Part shown: positions 1-9,904 of the stretch, piece by piece
How the letters are laid out: each line of letters begins with the position of its first letter
How positions within the stretch are numbered: position 1 is the first letter of the stretch
Source of the DNA: an uncultured Oscillospiraceae bacterium
GTDB lineage: Bacteria; Bacillota; Clostridia; Christensenellales; CAG-138
Direction: 5' to 3'
Assembly (NCBI GenBank): GCA_964476505.1
Contig: CAYZAW010000005.1
Coordinates: 1,205-65,204 of the forward strand
Length of the DNA: 64,000 nt
Notes under the pieces: model-generated
What the model was told of the DNA's origin: nothing
Seen by the model: only the letters and a program-made list of their open reading frames with translations
Database searches by the model: none
Translations under genes and position numbers: made by a program

Positions 1-3000
1 ACCAGCTTCAGGAAGAACGTGCGGTTGTACAGGCCCGTCAGGCTGTCGTGCTCCGCTTGGAACCGCAGTTTTTTACTTGCCAGAATATCGTCGTTAACAT
101 CCAGAAATGTTAGGATGATCTTGCTTGTAAGGTTCATATCATCCACCCGTTTAAACGCATTCATGGTAAACCAATGCCTTGTTTTTGCGGGCGTTTTCAG
201 CATGATGTCCAGCGTGGCACCGGTATGCGTTCTATCTGTGGCAAGGTCGTGCACCAATACCTGCATGGCCTTTACATCCATAGCATCCGCCACCATGTCC
301 GACATCAATATCTGCCAGAGCGGGCGCTCGTCAAACACGCCGTAAATGTGTTCCGAAATTGCCGGGTCATAGGAAAACAGCCCGCTGACCCAGTCGTATT
401 CCACCACCACCGTGCCCGTATGGGCAAACACGGTGCGGAACTTGGAGCCTTCGCTGCTTTGCGTTTGCAGGTATGTGTTTTGCGCCCGGAGCCGTTCGTT
501 TTCCGCCTTGCTGATGGCAGAAGTAATTCTGATTCGCAGCAGCGCAGAATCGATGGGCGTTAAAATAAAGTCGCTTGCACCCTCACGAAGGGAGTTAACG
601 CAACGCTCCCGTTCCTTGGCATTGCCAAGCGTGATCACCGGAACCGTTTTTATGCCCTCGATTCCCCGCATACGCTCCAAAAAGGCGAGGCTGTCCATAC
701 CGGGGATGTCCATGTTCAGCAGCACAACCGACACGGAGATCCCGTAGCGGCGCAGGCGGGTCATTGCATTCTTCTCATCGGAGCAGGCTTCGATATGATA
801 CTGCTCCGAAAACGCATCGTTTACGGCTTCAACGGTTTCCGGATGATCGTCCACGATCAGTATGTGCCGTTTTTTTGTCATTTCCTTTCTACTGTTTGTG
901 TCGCTCTCCCGGTCGCTTGTAACGGGCTTCATCAACTCGCCGTTAAAGAACGCAAAGGTCTCCCTGCCGTTGGCCTTGGCATGATGCAGTGCCATATCCA
1001 GATTGTGATACAGCGTGATCACATCTTTGCCGTCGTCAGGGAATACGGCGATACCGATGCTTGCAGTGATCTGCACATCTACGCTAAACACCTTGCGAAG
1101 CAGCGACTGTATCTGCGTGGCGCGTTTTTCGATCAGCGTTTGATTGAAAACGTTGTTGATGCACAGTATAAATTCATCTCCGCCAAGCCTGCCTAATAAA
1201 TCGCCCTCCCGCAGCACTGTGCGAAGCGCGTTTGCGATATCTACCAGCGCCTGATCCCCAACGGTGTGCCCAAAATTATCATTGATCTTTTTAAAGCCGT
1301 CGATGTCTATCAACAGCAGCGCATGCCGCTGCCGGGGCTGTTTAACTAAAATGAGATTGCCAAACTGCTCCACAAATGCGGATCTGTTGAGTACGCCGGT
1401 AAGCGGGTCGGCTTCTATTTGTGCTTTTACAGATAGCTCCGCCGTTTTTTCGGCATCAATGTTCTCGTACAGTAAAAACGCATGGATGTCTTTGCTCTCC
1501 GGGTATTTTGTGATCTCCACGGTAACGCGGAGCCATCTGTATTCGCCTTCGGTCACCCGTTCCCGATACTCCATGGAGGCCGTTCGTATCCCGCGATAAT
1601 ATCCGGCAAGCAGATACTCGGAATCCAGCAGTGCTACATATGCCTCGTAATCGTCCAGATGCACAAAGCGCCCTGCATATTCTCTGGTGCGTTCGTTGAA
1701 GGAGATGCTGCCCGGCTTAAAGCAGATGGTAAGCAGCGCGCCCTCCATGCTGTCAAAGGCGGTGCTTTTTGTTAGGTTACAGCGAAACAGCGTGTAGGAT
1801 TCCTGCGGCCTTTGCTCCATGGACTGCTGCCATTTGGTGTAAACAGCCGCCTGTTCGCGCCGCTCCGTAACGTCCTCAAATACAATGATCGCCTGATAAG
1901 GCTTGTTTTTCGCATCATACACAAAGCTTGCCTTCATGCGATACCAGCGGAAGCTGCCGTCCGCATCCTTCAAGGCAGATACGATGGGCTTGATCTCGCC
2001 GTTACAAAGCGATTGGAAGAATGCCCGGTATTCCTCCTCGCACTCCGGCGCTACGAGCCCGGCGCGAATGAATTCCTCCGGCACGTCTAAAACCGTCTCC
2101 CCATACCCATGGCGGGAGGTCAAGGACGAATCACTGTACAGCGTTTTGGTTTTTAAGTCGTAACGGAACAGGTTGATTCCACTTTCCTGTACGGCTATGC
2201 GGTTTTGCTCTTCGCTGATCTGCAGTTGATCTCGCTCCTGCTGCAAATGCCTGTTGGCTTTTCTAAGGGAATAGAAATAAGCGGCAAAGGTGATCACTGC
2301 CGCCAAGAATACCATTCCAAACAGCAGCACGTTGAATAACGACTGCTTTTCTGCCGCCGCGTCTATCAGCTTTGCGGGAATTACGTTTAGCATTACAAGC
2401 CGTTCGCCCGTTGCAGCATAGAATTCCAGCGGAACATACACGGCATAACGCTTTTCTCCGTGTATCCTATAGGTAACGGAACCCGTTTCCCCCGCCGCGA
2501 TCTCGGCCTTGATCATTTCCGGCGTTTTCCCGTTTTCCAGCCGTCCCGGTTCTATTTCGGCATAGATATTGTCTGAGGTGGATAAGTAATTGGGGTTGTC
2601 CGAATCGATGGCGATGTGTCCGTCTTCCCGGCAAATCAGCGCGAACGCTTCTCCCTCGTACATGTTTGGAACCAACAGATCCGCAAGCAGCTGTTTTGTA
2701 TAGCCGCCCTGTACGATGCCGATCACAGTGCCGTCCTTCACGATGGGAACCGCCAGCATAATGATCACACCGTCTCCGTTCTTTGCGTCTGTGATCTTCT
2801 GTACTGCCCAGCTTCCCGCCATAGCCTTTTGAAAATACGCCCGGTCGGATACGTTATAGGCTTTGCCGTCGCTTGCATAGCAAATGCCGTCTGCCATGGC
2901 AAACGTAACGTATTGAAATGCGGACTCGTCCGCAAGCCGGGATAACCGGCGCATTGCAGGTGCAAGCTCGATTTCATCGTATTCTGCCAAACCGATTGCC

Positions 3001-3296
3001 GCCACGTTGAGCGTGTTGATCTGCCCCTCCCATACGGCCTTCAGTGTTGCGGACTGTTCCGTGGCGGAGGCAATTAAGTCTCTATTGGCATCGCTTAACG
3101 CCTGCTTTCTTGATAAACCGTCGCTGATGAAAAGTGCCGCCACTATCAAGAGAACAGAAATAATAGGATTGAGTATCAAATGCAGCATATTGGAGCGATG
3201 ATCCCGATTACGGAAAGAACGCGAAAAAAAGCCAACGGCAGCACCGTCTCTATATGCCTGCGGTAATTCGCGCCTTCGCTCCCTAGCTTTCATCAT
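1..3296 (-). CDS. Multidomain c-di-GMP signalling protein, partial (runs off the left edge): N-terminal TM plus Cache-like extracellular sensor, PAS, GGDEF, REC receiver, PAS, then the start of a second GGDEF
   Basis: Absent from the supplied ORF track because the frame never closes inside the window. Manual reverse-complement translation from ATG 3296 (MMKARERRREL...) stays open to nt 1. Codon phase was checked at three points: GRLGGDEFILC (codons around 1160-1190), KKRHILIVDDHPETVEAV...LLNMDIPGMDS receiver pattern (about 640-880), and AEHDSLTGLYNRTFF (about 1-60), the typical start of a GGDEF fold. The + strand ORFs 19..2163 are antisense shadows. Confidence 0.8.
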   Translation of the reverse strand, partial: MMKARERRRELPQAYRDGAAVGFFSRSFRNRDHRSNMLHLILNPIISVLLIVAALFISDGLSRKQALSDANRDLIASATEQSATLKAVWEGQINTLNVAAIGLAEYDEIELAPAMRRLSRLADESAFQYVTFAMADGICYASDGKAYNVSDRAYFQKAMAGSWAVQKITDAKNGDGVIIMLAVPIVKDGTVIGIVQGGYTKQLLADLLVPNMYEGEAFALICREDGHIAIDSDNPNYLSTSDNIYAEIEPGRLENGKTPEMIKAEIAAGETGSVTYRIHGEKRYAVYVPLEFYAATGERLVMLNVIPAKLIDAAAEKQSLFNVLLFGMVFLAAVITFAAYFYSLRKANRHLQQERDQLQISEEQNRIAVQESGINLFRYDLKTKTLYSDSSLTSRHGYGETVLDVPEEFIRAGLVAPECEEEYRAFFQSLCNGEIKPIVSALKDADGSFRWYRMKASFVYDAKNKPYQAIIVFEDVTERREQAAVYTKWQQSMEQRPQESYTLFRCNLTKSTAFDSMEGALLTICFKPGSISFNERTREYAGRFVHLDDYEAYVALLDSEYLLAGYYRGIRTASMEYRERVTEGEYRWLRVTVEITKYPESKDIHAFLLYENIDAEKTAELSVKAQIEADPLTGVLNRSAFVEQFGNLILVKQPRQRHALLLIDIDGFKKINDNFGHTVGDQALVDIANALRTVLREGDLLGRLGGDEFILCINNVFNQTLIEKRATQIQSLLRKVFSVDVQITASIGIAVFPDDGKDVITLYHNLDMALHHAKANGRETFAFFNGELMKPVTSDRESDTNSRKEMTKKRHILIVDDHPETVEAVNDAFSEQYHIEACSDEKNAMTRLRRYGISVSVVLLNMDIPGMDSLAFLERMRGIEGIKTVPVITLGNAKERERCVNSLREGASDFILTPIDSALLRIRITSAISKAENERLRAQNTYLQTQSSEGSKFRTVFAHTGTVVVEYDWVSGLFSYDPAISEHIYGVFDERPLWQILMSDMVADAMDVKAMQVLVHDLATDRTHTGATLDIMLKTPAKTRHWFTMNAFKRVDDMNLTSKIILTFLDVNDDILASKKLRFQAEHDSLTGLYNRTFFLKL

Positions 3297-3599
3297 TCGC
3301 ACTTTCTATTCTGTGTCATCATAGGATATGCGCCATGGTACGGGAAAACATGAATGGCTTGTATGATTAGACTGTTACTTCTGTATTATATATGTATACC
3401 CCCTTCAACAGTCCCCATAACAGATTTTAACATGTTCTGTACAACATAATCCACATATTCCATATTTTACCAACATTGTAGTAATACATCGACTGGAACC
3501 GTAAATATATCCTGCAAAAAGCATCCCGTTCTCTTGCTTGTTTCATCTGATCGTGCTAGTGTATAAATGTCTTAAATGAGACAGTTTGGAGGAGCGGTC

Positions 3600-4241
3600 A
3601 TGCAGCAGACGGATATCATCGCGTTCATCAGCGCACTGCCGCTGTTTTCCGGGGTGCCGCAGGCATTGCTTGCATGTATCCCGCAAGAGGAAGGCTTCCT
3701 TATAGAAGAGATCGCCCCCGGCTCTTATGTGATGCAATCCGGCGACGCCGTACGGCGGTTGGGCATTGTGTATAACGGTTCTTTGGAGGTGCAAAAGAAC
3801 AACGATCACACGCATATGCTCATCAACATCCTGCATAAGGGCGACTTGACCGGCGCTACCACGCTGTTTTTGCCGGATGCCGCCGCCGCCAACACACTAT
3901 ATACCAAGCAGGGCTGCACCATGCTGTTTTTTACGGAGGCGCTGCTTCAAACACTGATGCGGCAATGCTTTGCCCTTGCGGAAAACTACATCCGCTACCT
4001 GACCGGGCGCGTTCGCTTTTTAGACGGGCGGGTCAAAAGCATTGCCTCCCCCACCGCTGCGGACAAGCTGTACAACCATCTTCTGCAAAACGCACAAAAC
4101 GGCGTGTTTCGCCCTCAAAGCTCCATGACGGCTCTTGCCACTACTCTGTCTCTTAGCCGCGCCTCCCTGTATCGCGCTATGGAGGAATTGAAGGCAGCAG
4201 GGCTCATCCGTCATGAGAAAAAGACCATTGTATTACAATAG
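3600..4241 (+). CDS. Crp/Fnr-family transcriptional regulator
   Basis: ORF 3576..4241. Preferred start is ATG 3600, behind a GGAGGAGC RBS. It has an N-terminal cNMP-binding-like region (LPLFSGVP...) and a C-terminal HTH (LATTLSLSRASLYRAMEELKAAGLI). Confidence 0.75.
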   Translation: MQQTDIIAFISALPLFSGVPQALLACIPQEEGFLIEEIAPGSYVMQSGDAVRRLGIVYNGSLEVQKNNDHTHMLINILHKGDLTGATTLFLPDAAAANTLYTKQGCTMLFFTEALLQTLMRQCFALAENYIRYLTGRVRFLDGRVKSIASPTAADKLYNHLLQNAQNGVFRPQSSMTALATTLSLSRASLYRAMEELKAAGLIRHEKKTIVLQ

Positions 4242-4254
4242 GAGGTAACTTCTT

Positions 4255-5196
4255 ATGAAAAAGATTTTGTCTGTTGTTCTTGCTCTTGTTCTATGTACCT
4301 TTACACTTTTAGGCTGCGCAAAAGCGCCCGAGGAACCCGTGAAGCTGGCAACGCTGAAGGGCCCTACCGGCATGGGCATGGTATCCCTGATGCAAGAAGG
4401 CGAAGCCGGGTACAACGTTACCCTTTCCTCCGCACCGGACGAGGTGACCGCTATGTTGATCTCCGGGGAAGCGGATATTGCCGCTGTGCCGGTCAATTTA
4501 GGGTCGGTGCTGTATAACAAGCTGGATGGAGATGTGCGCATCATTGCCGCCTCTACGCTTGGCGTACTGTATGTGCTTTCTGCCGACAACAGCGTGCAGT
4601 CCGTTTCCGACCTTGCCGGTAAAACCCTGTACGCCACCGGGCAGGCAGCCACGCCGGAGTACATATTGAATTACATACTCCAGCAAAACGGTGTTGCGGA
4701 CAAAGTTACCGTGGAATACAAGGCGGAGCATAGCGAGCTTGCCGCGCTGTTAGCCGCAGGAGACGTGACCCTTGGCATGCTGCCGGAGCCCAACGTGACC
4801 GCCGCCATGGTAAAAAACCCAAGCCTGCATATTGCGCTTGACCTCACGGACGAGTGGAGCAAAATTACCGATGCAAGCATGGTGCAAAGCGCCATCATCT
4901 GCCGTGCTTCTTATTATGAGGCACACAAGGCGCAGGTAGAACAGTTTTTAGCGGACTATGCGGCATCCGTAGCATTTGTAAACGAAAAGCCCGCCGAAGC
5001 TGCCGCACAGATGGAGGCGCTTGGAATCGTGCCTGCTGCCGCCATAGGCGAAAAGGCCATTCCCAACTGCAACATCGTTTGCCTGACCGGGGAAAACATG
5101 AAAGCTTCCGTATCCGCCATGCTGGATGTACTGTATACCGCCAACCCCAAGAGCGTGGGCGGCGCTGTACCTAATGAGGATTTTTATGTGGGCTAG
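4255..5196 (+). CDS. ABC transporter substrate-binding lipoprotein (NMT1/SsuA/TauA-like family)
   Basis: Signal peptide with a lipobox (TLLGCAK). Binding-protein-like sequence, followed directly by a cognate permease and ATPase with overlapping stop/start codons. Confidence 0.7.
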   Translation: MKKILSVVLALVLCTFTLLGCAKAPEEPVKLATLKGPTGMGMVSLMQEGEAGYNVTLSSAPDEVTAMLISGEADIAAVPVNLGSVLYNKLDGDVRIIAASTLGVLYVLSADNSVQSVSDLAGKTLYATGQAATPEYILNYILQQNGVADKVTVEYKAEHSELAALLAAGDVTLGMLPEPNVTAAMVKNPSLHIALDLTDEWSKITDASMVQSAIICRASYYEAHKAQVEQFLADYAASVAFVNEKPAEAAAQMEALGIVPAAAIGEKAIPNCNIVCLTGENMKASVSAMLDVLYTANPKSVGGAVPNEDFYVG

Positions 5197-5929
5197 GCTC
5201 AACAAACCCATACGCATAGGCATTGTACTGCTGTTCTGGCTCTTTGTTTGGCAGGGCGCTGCTTCCATTGTGGCAAGCCCGCTGCTGCTGCCCGGGCCGG
5301 TTGATACGCTTGTAACGCTTTTCCATCTGGCGGGAACGGCGGTATTTTGGAAAACCGTTTGCATGACGCTGCTGCGCGTGGCTGCAGGCTATCTTTTAGG
5401 TGCCGTTATCGGCACTCTCCTTGGGATACTCACTGCCGCCTCGCCCTTTTATCGCGATTTGCTTTCCCCACTTCGCACCGTTATCAAGGCAACGCCGGTT
5501 ACATCGTTCATTATACTGGTGCTGCTGTGGTTAACCGCCTCCGTTACGCCGGTGCTGATCGCCTTTTTGATGGTAGTACCCATGTTCTGGGCAACAACGT
5601 ATCAGGGAATCGTATCCGCCGACGTGCAGCTGTTGGAAATGGCGGAGGTATTTCATCTGGGGCGAAAGAAAACGCTGCGGCACATTTATCTGCCGAGCAT
5701 TCTGCCCCAATACATCGCCGTCAGTACAACGGCTCTGGGGTTTGCGTGGAAGTCCGGCGTAGCGGCGGAGGTGATCGCCTCCCCCGCGCTTTCCATCGGA
5801 CGCAGTTTGATTGAAAGCAAGCTGTATGTGGAAACGCCCGATTTGTTTGCCTGGACGCTGGCGGTCATTCTGCTTTCCGTTCTGTTGGAATGGCTGGTCG
5901 TTCGGCTTTTAGGGAGGGTAAAGGCATGA
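5186..5929 (+). CDS. ABC transporter permease (SsuC/TauC-like, BPD_transp_1)
   Basis: ORF 5126..5929. In-frame ATG 5186 overlaps the stop of the binding-protein gene. Multi-TM protein with an EAA-loop-like region (AAEVIASPALSIGRSL). Confidence 0.75.
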   Translation: MWARLNKPIRIGIVLLFWLFVWQGAASIVASPLLLPGPVDTLVTLFHLAGTAVFWKTVCMTLLRVAAGYLLGAVIGTLLGILTAASPFYRDLLSPLRTVIKATPVTSFIILVLLWLTASVTPVLIAFLMVVPMFWATTYQGIVSADVQLLEMAEVFHLGRKKTLRHIYLPSILPQYIAVSTTALGFAWKSGVAAEVIASPALSIGRSLIESKLYVETPDLFAWTLAVILLSVLLEWLVVRLLGRVKA

Positions 5930-6483
5930 TAGCATTGCGTGATATCACCTGCGGCTACCCGGGTAAACCCGCCGTACTCTCCGGTTTTTCCTGGGATATT
6001 CCAAACAAGGGCTGCGTTGGGATCATCGGCGCGTCAGGCTCCGGCAAAACCACGCTTTTAAAGCTACTCCTAGGGCGTATTGTGCCTGCAAGGGGAACCA
6101 TCAGCGGTTTGCAGGATAAGCGCATATCCGTTGTGTTTCAAGAGGACAGGCTGCTTTGGCATTTATCCGCCGCCGAAAACGTGGCGCTGGTAAACGATGA
6201 AAAAGACCCCCTGCCCCGTCTTTTGGATATGGAGTTAAAGGATGCCGCCAACATGCCCGTTTCCGCCCTGTCCGGCGGTATGCAGCGGCGCGTTGCCATA
6301 GCCCGGGCACTGCATTACGGCGGGGATATCCTGCTGCTAGACGAGCCCTTAAAGGGCTTGGACGACGCATTGAAGGAGCGGCTGATTCCCATTATCAAGG
6401 CGGCGTTTCCCCTCGTGATCGTTGTGCTGCATGAGCGGCACGAAGCCGAAGCCTTTGGCTGTGATACGGTGATCTCGCTGTAA
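5926..6483 (+). CDS. ABC transporter ATP-binding protein (short form)
   Basis: ORF 5890..6483. ATG 5926 forms an ATGA overlap with the permease stop. Walker A GASGSGKTT, signature LSGGMQRR, Walker B ILLLDEP. Confidence 0.85.
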   Translation: MIALRDITCGYPGKPAVLSGFSWDIPNKGCVGIIGASGSGKTTLLKLLLGRIVPARGTISGLQDKRISVVFQEDRLLWHLSAAENVALVNDEKDPLPRLLDMELKDAANMPVSALSGGMQRRVAIARALHYGGDILLLDEPLKGLDDALKERLIPIIKAAFPLVIVVLHERHEAEAFGCDTVISL

Positions 6484-6622
6484 CATACCGGTTATCGCTA
6501 ATTTAAATCATACAACCGACCGCTCCGCTTTTTTTAAGTGGGGCGGTTGCTTTATTTATTGGATATGGTACAGTAATGGATGCGAATAATCGGCATGAAT
6601 TGCAAAGGGGATACATCATCCT

Positions 6623-7693
6623 ATGAAACATCGAGTTCTCAAGCGTACCTTATTCATTATTACGGCTGTGCTGCTGGTTCTTATCATTGCCATAGCGGCG
6701 CTCTTTTGGAACGAGTTGCGTTCGCTTTCCACGCTCAAGCAGTTGGACGATTACGGCATGTTTCAAATGACGTATTACGGCGATTACGGCTTTGACTCGT
6801 TTTTAGAAACAGGCGCAAAAAGCGATTCGGATATAGAAGCCTTCGTGACCCGGCGGCTTTTAAAGGGGCTCCCCATCGACCTTGGGGTAACAGGCGACGG
6901 CTGTACGGCCTTTGCTGTACGCAATGAACGTGGAGAAATGCTGTACGGGCGTAATTTTGATTTTGCCTATGCGCCGTCCTTACAGGTATTTACCGCACCG
7001 GATAACGGCTATGCCTCGGTTTCCACCGTTAACCTTTCCTTTGCCGGGTATGATGAAGCCCATCTGCCGCACGGAATCAGCATCGACAGCTTCTTGACCT
7101 TAGCGGCTCCGTTTCTGCCCTTTGACGGCATGAACGAAAAAGGCGTTGCCATGGCTTTGCTGGCTGTGCCGGAAGCGGACGGCGGTAACGATCCTAAGAA
7201 AGTGACGTTAAACACCACCACCGCCATTCGTTTGGTGTTGGATAAAGCCGCCACGGCAAAGGAAGCCGTAGCTTTACTGGAGCAGTACAATATCTATTTT
7301 TCCGCTGATGTGGATTGTCACTTTTTGATTGCCGATGCCAGCGGTGCTTCACTGCTGGTAGAATACTATGACGGTGCGATGCGGGTAACGGAGGCGGATG
7401 CAGACTATCAAATCGCGTCCAACTTTATTGCCTACAACGGCTTGAACATTGGCGAGGGCTCCTCGGAATTCGACCGTTACGATACGGCAGAGGCGGCCAT
7501 CCTTGGCGGCAACGGCGTGTTGACGGAAACGGACGCGATCTCCCTTTTAGAGGAACTGGGGTGTTATGGTGACGACGGTACAGATAAGCTGCAATGGAGC
7601 GTGCTGTATAACCTTACCACGATGGAAGCACAGTTGTTTGCACACAGAAACACACACAACATTGTCAACAGCGTATTGTCAGTCGCGAAATAA
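6623..7693 (+). CDS. Linear amide C-N hydrolase, choloylglycine hydrolase (Ntn) family, membrane-anchored or secreted
   Basis: N-terminal TM segment, then GDGCTAFAVRNERGEMLYGRNFDF. This matches the Cys nucleophile ... GRNxD pattern of bile-salt-hydrolase / penicillin V acylase relatives. Confidence 0.7.
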   Translation: MKHRVLKRTLFIITAVLLVLIIAIAALFWNELRSLSTLKQLDDYGMFQMTYYGDYGFDSFLETGAKSDSDIEAFVTRRLLKGLPIDLGVTGDGCTAFAVRNERGEMLYGRNFDFAYAPSLQVFTAPDNGYASVSTVNLSFAGYDEAHLPHGISIDSFLTLAAPFLPFDGMNEKGVAMALLAVPEADGGNDPKKVTLNTTTAIRLVLDKAATAKEAVALLEQYNIYFSADVDCHFLIADASGASLLVEYYDGAMRVTEADADYQIASNFIAYNGLNIGEGSSEFDRYDTAEAAILGGNGVLTETDAISLLEELGCYGDDGTDKLQWSVLYNLTTMEAQLFAHRNTHNIVNSVLSVAK

Positions 7694-7723
7694 TAAAAAC
7701 CGTTTATTTTGTACTTTCATGAA

Positions 7724-7758
7724 AAAGCGAGTAAAAGCCTTTGCTTCTTACTCGCTTT
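7724..7758. terminator. Bidirectional intrinsic terminator between convergent genes
   Basis: Perfect stem AAAGCGAGTAA ... TTACTCGCTTT followed by TTGATTTT. It lies between the stop at 7693 (+) and the stop at 7825 (-). Confidence 0.7.
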
Positions 7759-7824
7759 TGATTTTATATCTTGTGATTTACCTGCACCGTTTCACCTGCC
7801 ATGGCAAGCAGTGCGAATGCTCCG

Positions 7825-9054
7825 TTATGCTTTTGCAGCCGCTGCGGGAATCCGTATCCGCTCGATCACCTTGCGGCAGCGTGCGGTGTTGTACAGCACC
7901 GGCACCGGGTACAGCGGGTTGCACTCCTTTAGGGCAAACCCTATCATCTGCGGAATGTCCGCATCCTTGATGAAATCGAACCCGGTGGGGATGTGCATGC
8001 GGGCGTTCATGGCGCGGATCTCCGCAATGAACGCTTTGGCCTTGGCTTCCTCCCTCGCCGCGCCGGAAAGCCCCGCGATATCGTACAGCCGCGCCAGCTT
8101 CGCATTCACTGTTTCGCCGTAATCCTCCAACACATAGGGAAGTATCACCGCGTTTGCTAAGCCGTGCGGCGTGTTATAAAAGCCTCCAAGCGTGTGCGCG
8201 ATGGTATGCACGTTGCCTACCCCCGCCCGTGTAAACGCCCAGCCCGCTTTATAGGAGGCCAATAACAGCGCCTCCCGCGCCTCCATGTCCGCACCGTTTT
8301 CGTATGCGCGTTCCAAATAGCGGAATATTGCCTGCACCGCTTCCTCGGAAAACGCTCTGGTTTCCTTGGTGGTGTAGTGTACGCATAGGTACGCCTCTAC
8401 CGCGTGTGTAAGCGCGTCCATGCCGGTGGTGGAGGTGATATGCTGCGGCAGCCCCAGCGTTAAGGCGGGGTCCAATACCGCATACTTGGGAATCAACGAA
8501 AGATCGTACAAAGCATATTTGTGATGGGTCTCTTTATCCGTTATGACCGCCGCAATGGTGGTTTCTGAGCCCGTTCCGGCAGTGGTGGGCACCGCAATAA
8601 AGGGCGGCAGCTTATGCAGCACCCTTAAAAGCCCGCCCAACTGCTGAATCGTTTTGTTGGGCTTTACAGCCCGTGCGCCCGCGCCCTTTGCAGTATCCAT
8701 GGCGGAGCCGCCGCCGATGGCAACGATACCGTTACACTGCTCCGTTTTGAACAAGGTATACGCCGCCTCCACCGTTTTGGTGGAGGGATTGGCTTCCACC
8801 TCGCTAAACAAGGCGTAGTCCATACCGCTTTGCTCCAGAAGCGCCAGGATTTTAGGCGCAACGCCTGCCTTCATTAAGCCGGGGTCAGTCACAACAAGGG
8901 CTTTTTGCACGCCCATTCCCTTCAGCAGCGCCGGAATGCGGCTAATACTGTTTTGGCCGGAAACCACCTCTGCCTTTCTCCACGGCAGCAGGTGCGCGCC
9001 AGCGCCAAACACCACTTGGAATATGCGATACCATAGCTTCTTCAAAGCCCACAT
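7825..9054 (-). CDS. Iron-containing (group III) alcohol dehydrogenase
   Basis: 409 aa with a GGAGGT RBS. GGGSAMDTAKG and later His-rich metal-site motifs (HAVEAY, HTIAHTLGG) are typical of Fe-ADH. Confidence 0.85.
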   Translation of the reverse strand: MWALKKLWYRIFQVVFGAGAHLLPWRKAEVVSGQNSISRIPALLKGMGVQKALVVTDPGLMKAGVAPKILALLEQSGMDYALFSEVEANPSTKTVEAAYTLFKTEQCNGIVAIGGGSAMDTAKGAGARAVKPNKTIQQLGGLLRVLHKLPPFIAVPTTAGTGSETTIAAVITDKETHHKYALYDLSLIPKYAVLDPALTLGLPQHITSTTGMDALTHAVEAYLCVHYTTKETRAFSEEAVQAIFRYLERAYENGADMEAREALLLASYKAGWAFTRAGVGNVHTIAHTLGGFYNTPHGLANAVILPYVLEDYGETVNAKLARLYDIAGLSGAAREEAKAKAFIAEIRAMNARMHIPTGFDFIKDADIPQMIGFALKECNPLYPVPVLYNTARCRKVIERIRIPAAAAKA

Positions 9055-9075
9055 AACGCTACCTCCACACTTTAT

Positions 9076-9720
9076 TTATGCCTCCGCCATCCACTCCGTC
9101 AGATGCCGGTAAATCGCCGCCGCCAGCTTTTTATGCTCTGCCTCGTCCATATGCTCCTGATCGATCTCGCTTGGTACGGCATACTCCGACGCAGCCATAA
9201 ACCCGCAGCCGTATTTTTGTGCGACCCGCCGGTACACCTCTTTTAATCCCTTGGCGGTTTCAACGGATTCCGCAGAGAATTCCGGATCGAAGCCCGGCAG
9301 ATGCACCTTCTCCCCAAGGAGAATGGGCGATACAATAAATACCCCCGGCGCATCCCCGTTTGGGCCGCAGTGGGAGCGCTGTATCACTTCTACCAGCCGC
9401 TCCACGCAATACGCGATCTGATCCGCCGAAATGGAGTAGAAGGATTTACAGTCGTTGGTGCCAAGCATCAGTACTACAACATCCACCGGCTTTGTTAGTT
9501 CCAGCGCCGCAGGCAGAGCGGTGATTCCGTTCTTCCCCGCCCGTGTCTCGTCCTCGAACACCGTTGTACGGCCAACGTTGCCGTCCTCGATCACGCGGCA
9601 GCCGCTTCCTAAGTATTGCCCCAAAAGGCACGTCCAGCGCTGTTGTTCGCTATACCTGCCGGAGCCGTCCGGCTTGTAGCCGTAGGTATTGGAATCTCCG
9701 TAACACAATATCGTCTTCAT
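9076..9720 (-). CDS. SGNH/GDSL-family hydrolase (arylesterase/lipase-like)
   Basis: N-terminal MKTILCYGDSNTYGY block I, a GTND block, and a C-terminal D..H region. It lies 21 nt upstream of the ADH gene, so the two are probably an operon. Confidence 0.8.
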   Translation of the reverse strand: MKTILCYGDSNTYGYKPDGSGRYSEQQRWTCLLGQYLGSGCRVIEDGNVGRTTVFEDETRAGKNGITALPAALELTKPVDVVVLMLGTNDCKSFYSISADQIAYCVERLVEVIQRSHCGPNGDAPGVFIVSPILLGEKVHLPGFDPEFSAESVETAKGLKEVYRRVAQKYGCGFMAASEYAVPSEIDQEHMDEAEHKKLAAAIYRHLTEWMAEA

Positions 9721-9843
9721 GTTTTACAGTATATCAAACCATATAAGGTTTTTCATCAGAAACATTTTCTAAATGATTGCATTGATTTATCCATCTATTA
9801 CGAACATTCTTGCCATGATATGATTTTAACGTTCCATTTTTCG

Positions 9844-9871
9844 TTGACTTTTTCCTTTGTTACCGTATAAT
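9844..9871 (+). promoter_or_regulatory. Sigma-70/SigA-type promoter for carA
   Basis: TTGACT (9844-9849), a 16-nt spacer, then TATAAT (9866-9871), about 35 nt upstream of the carA start. Confidence 0.6.
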
Positions 9872-9904
9872 AAGTGAGAAGAAACGAAAAAGCGGGGGTA
9901 TTGT

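Noticed and set aside
19-2163. A series of + strand ORFs of 86-133 aa at the left end of the window
   Set aside because: They have no motifs and low-complexity, Arg/Ser-rich composition. They lie antisense to a continuous minus-strand frame carrying clear GGDEF, REC and PAS motifs, so they are shadow ORFs typical of high-GC DNA.
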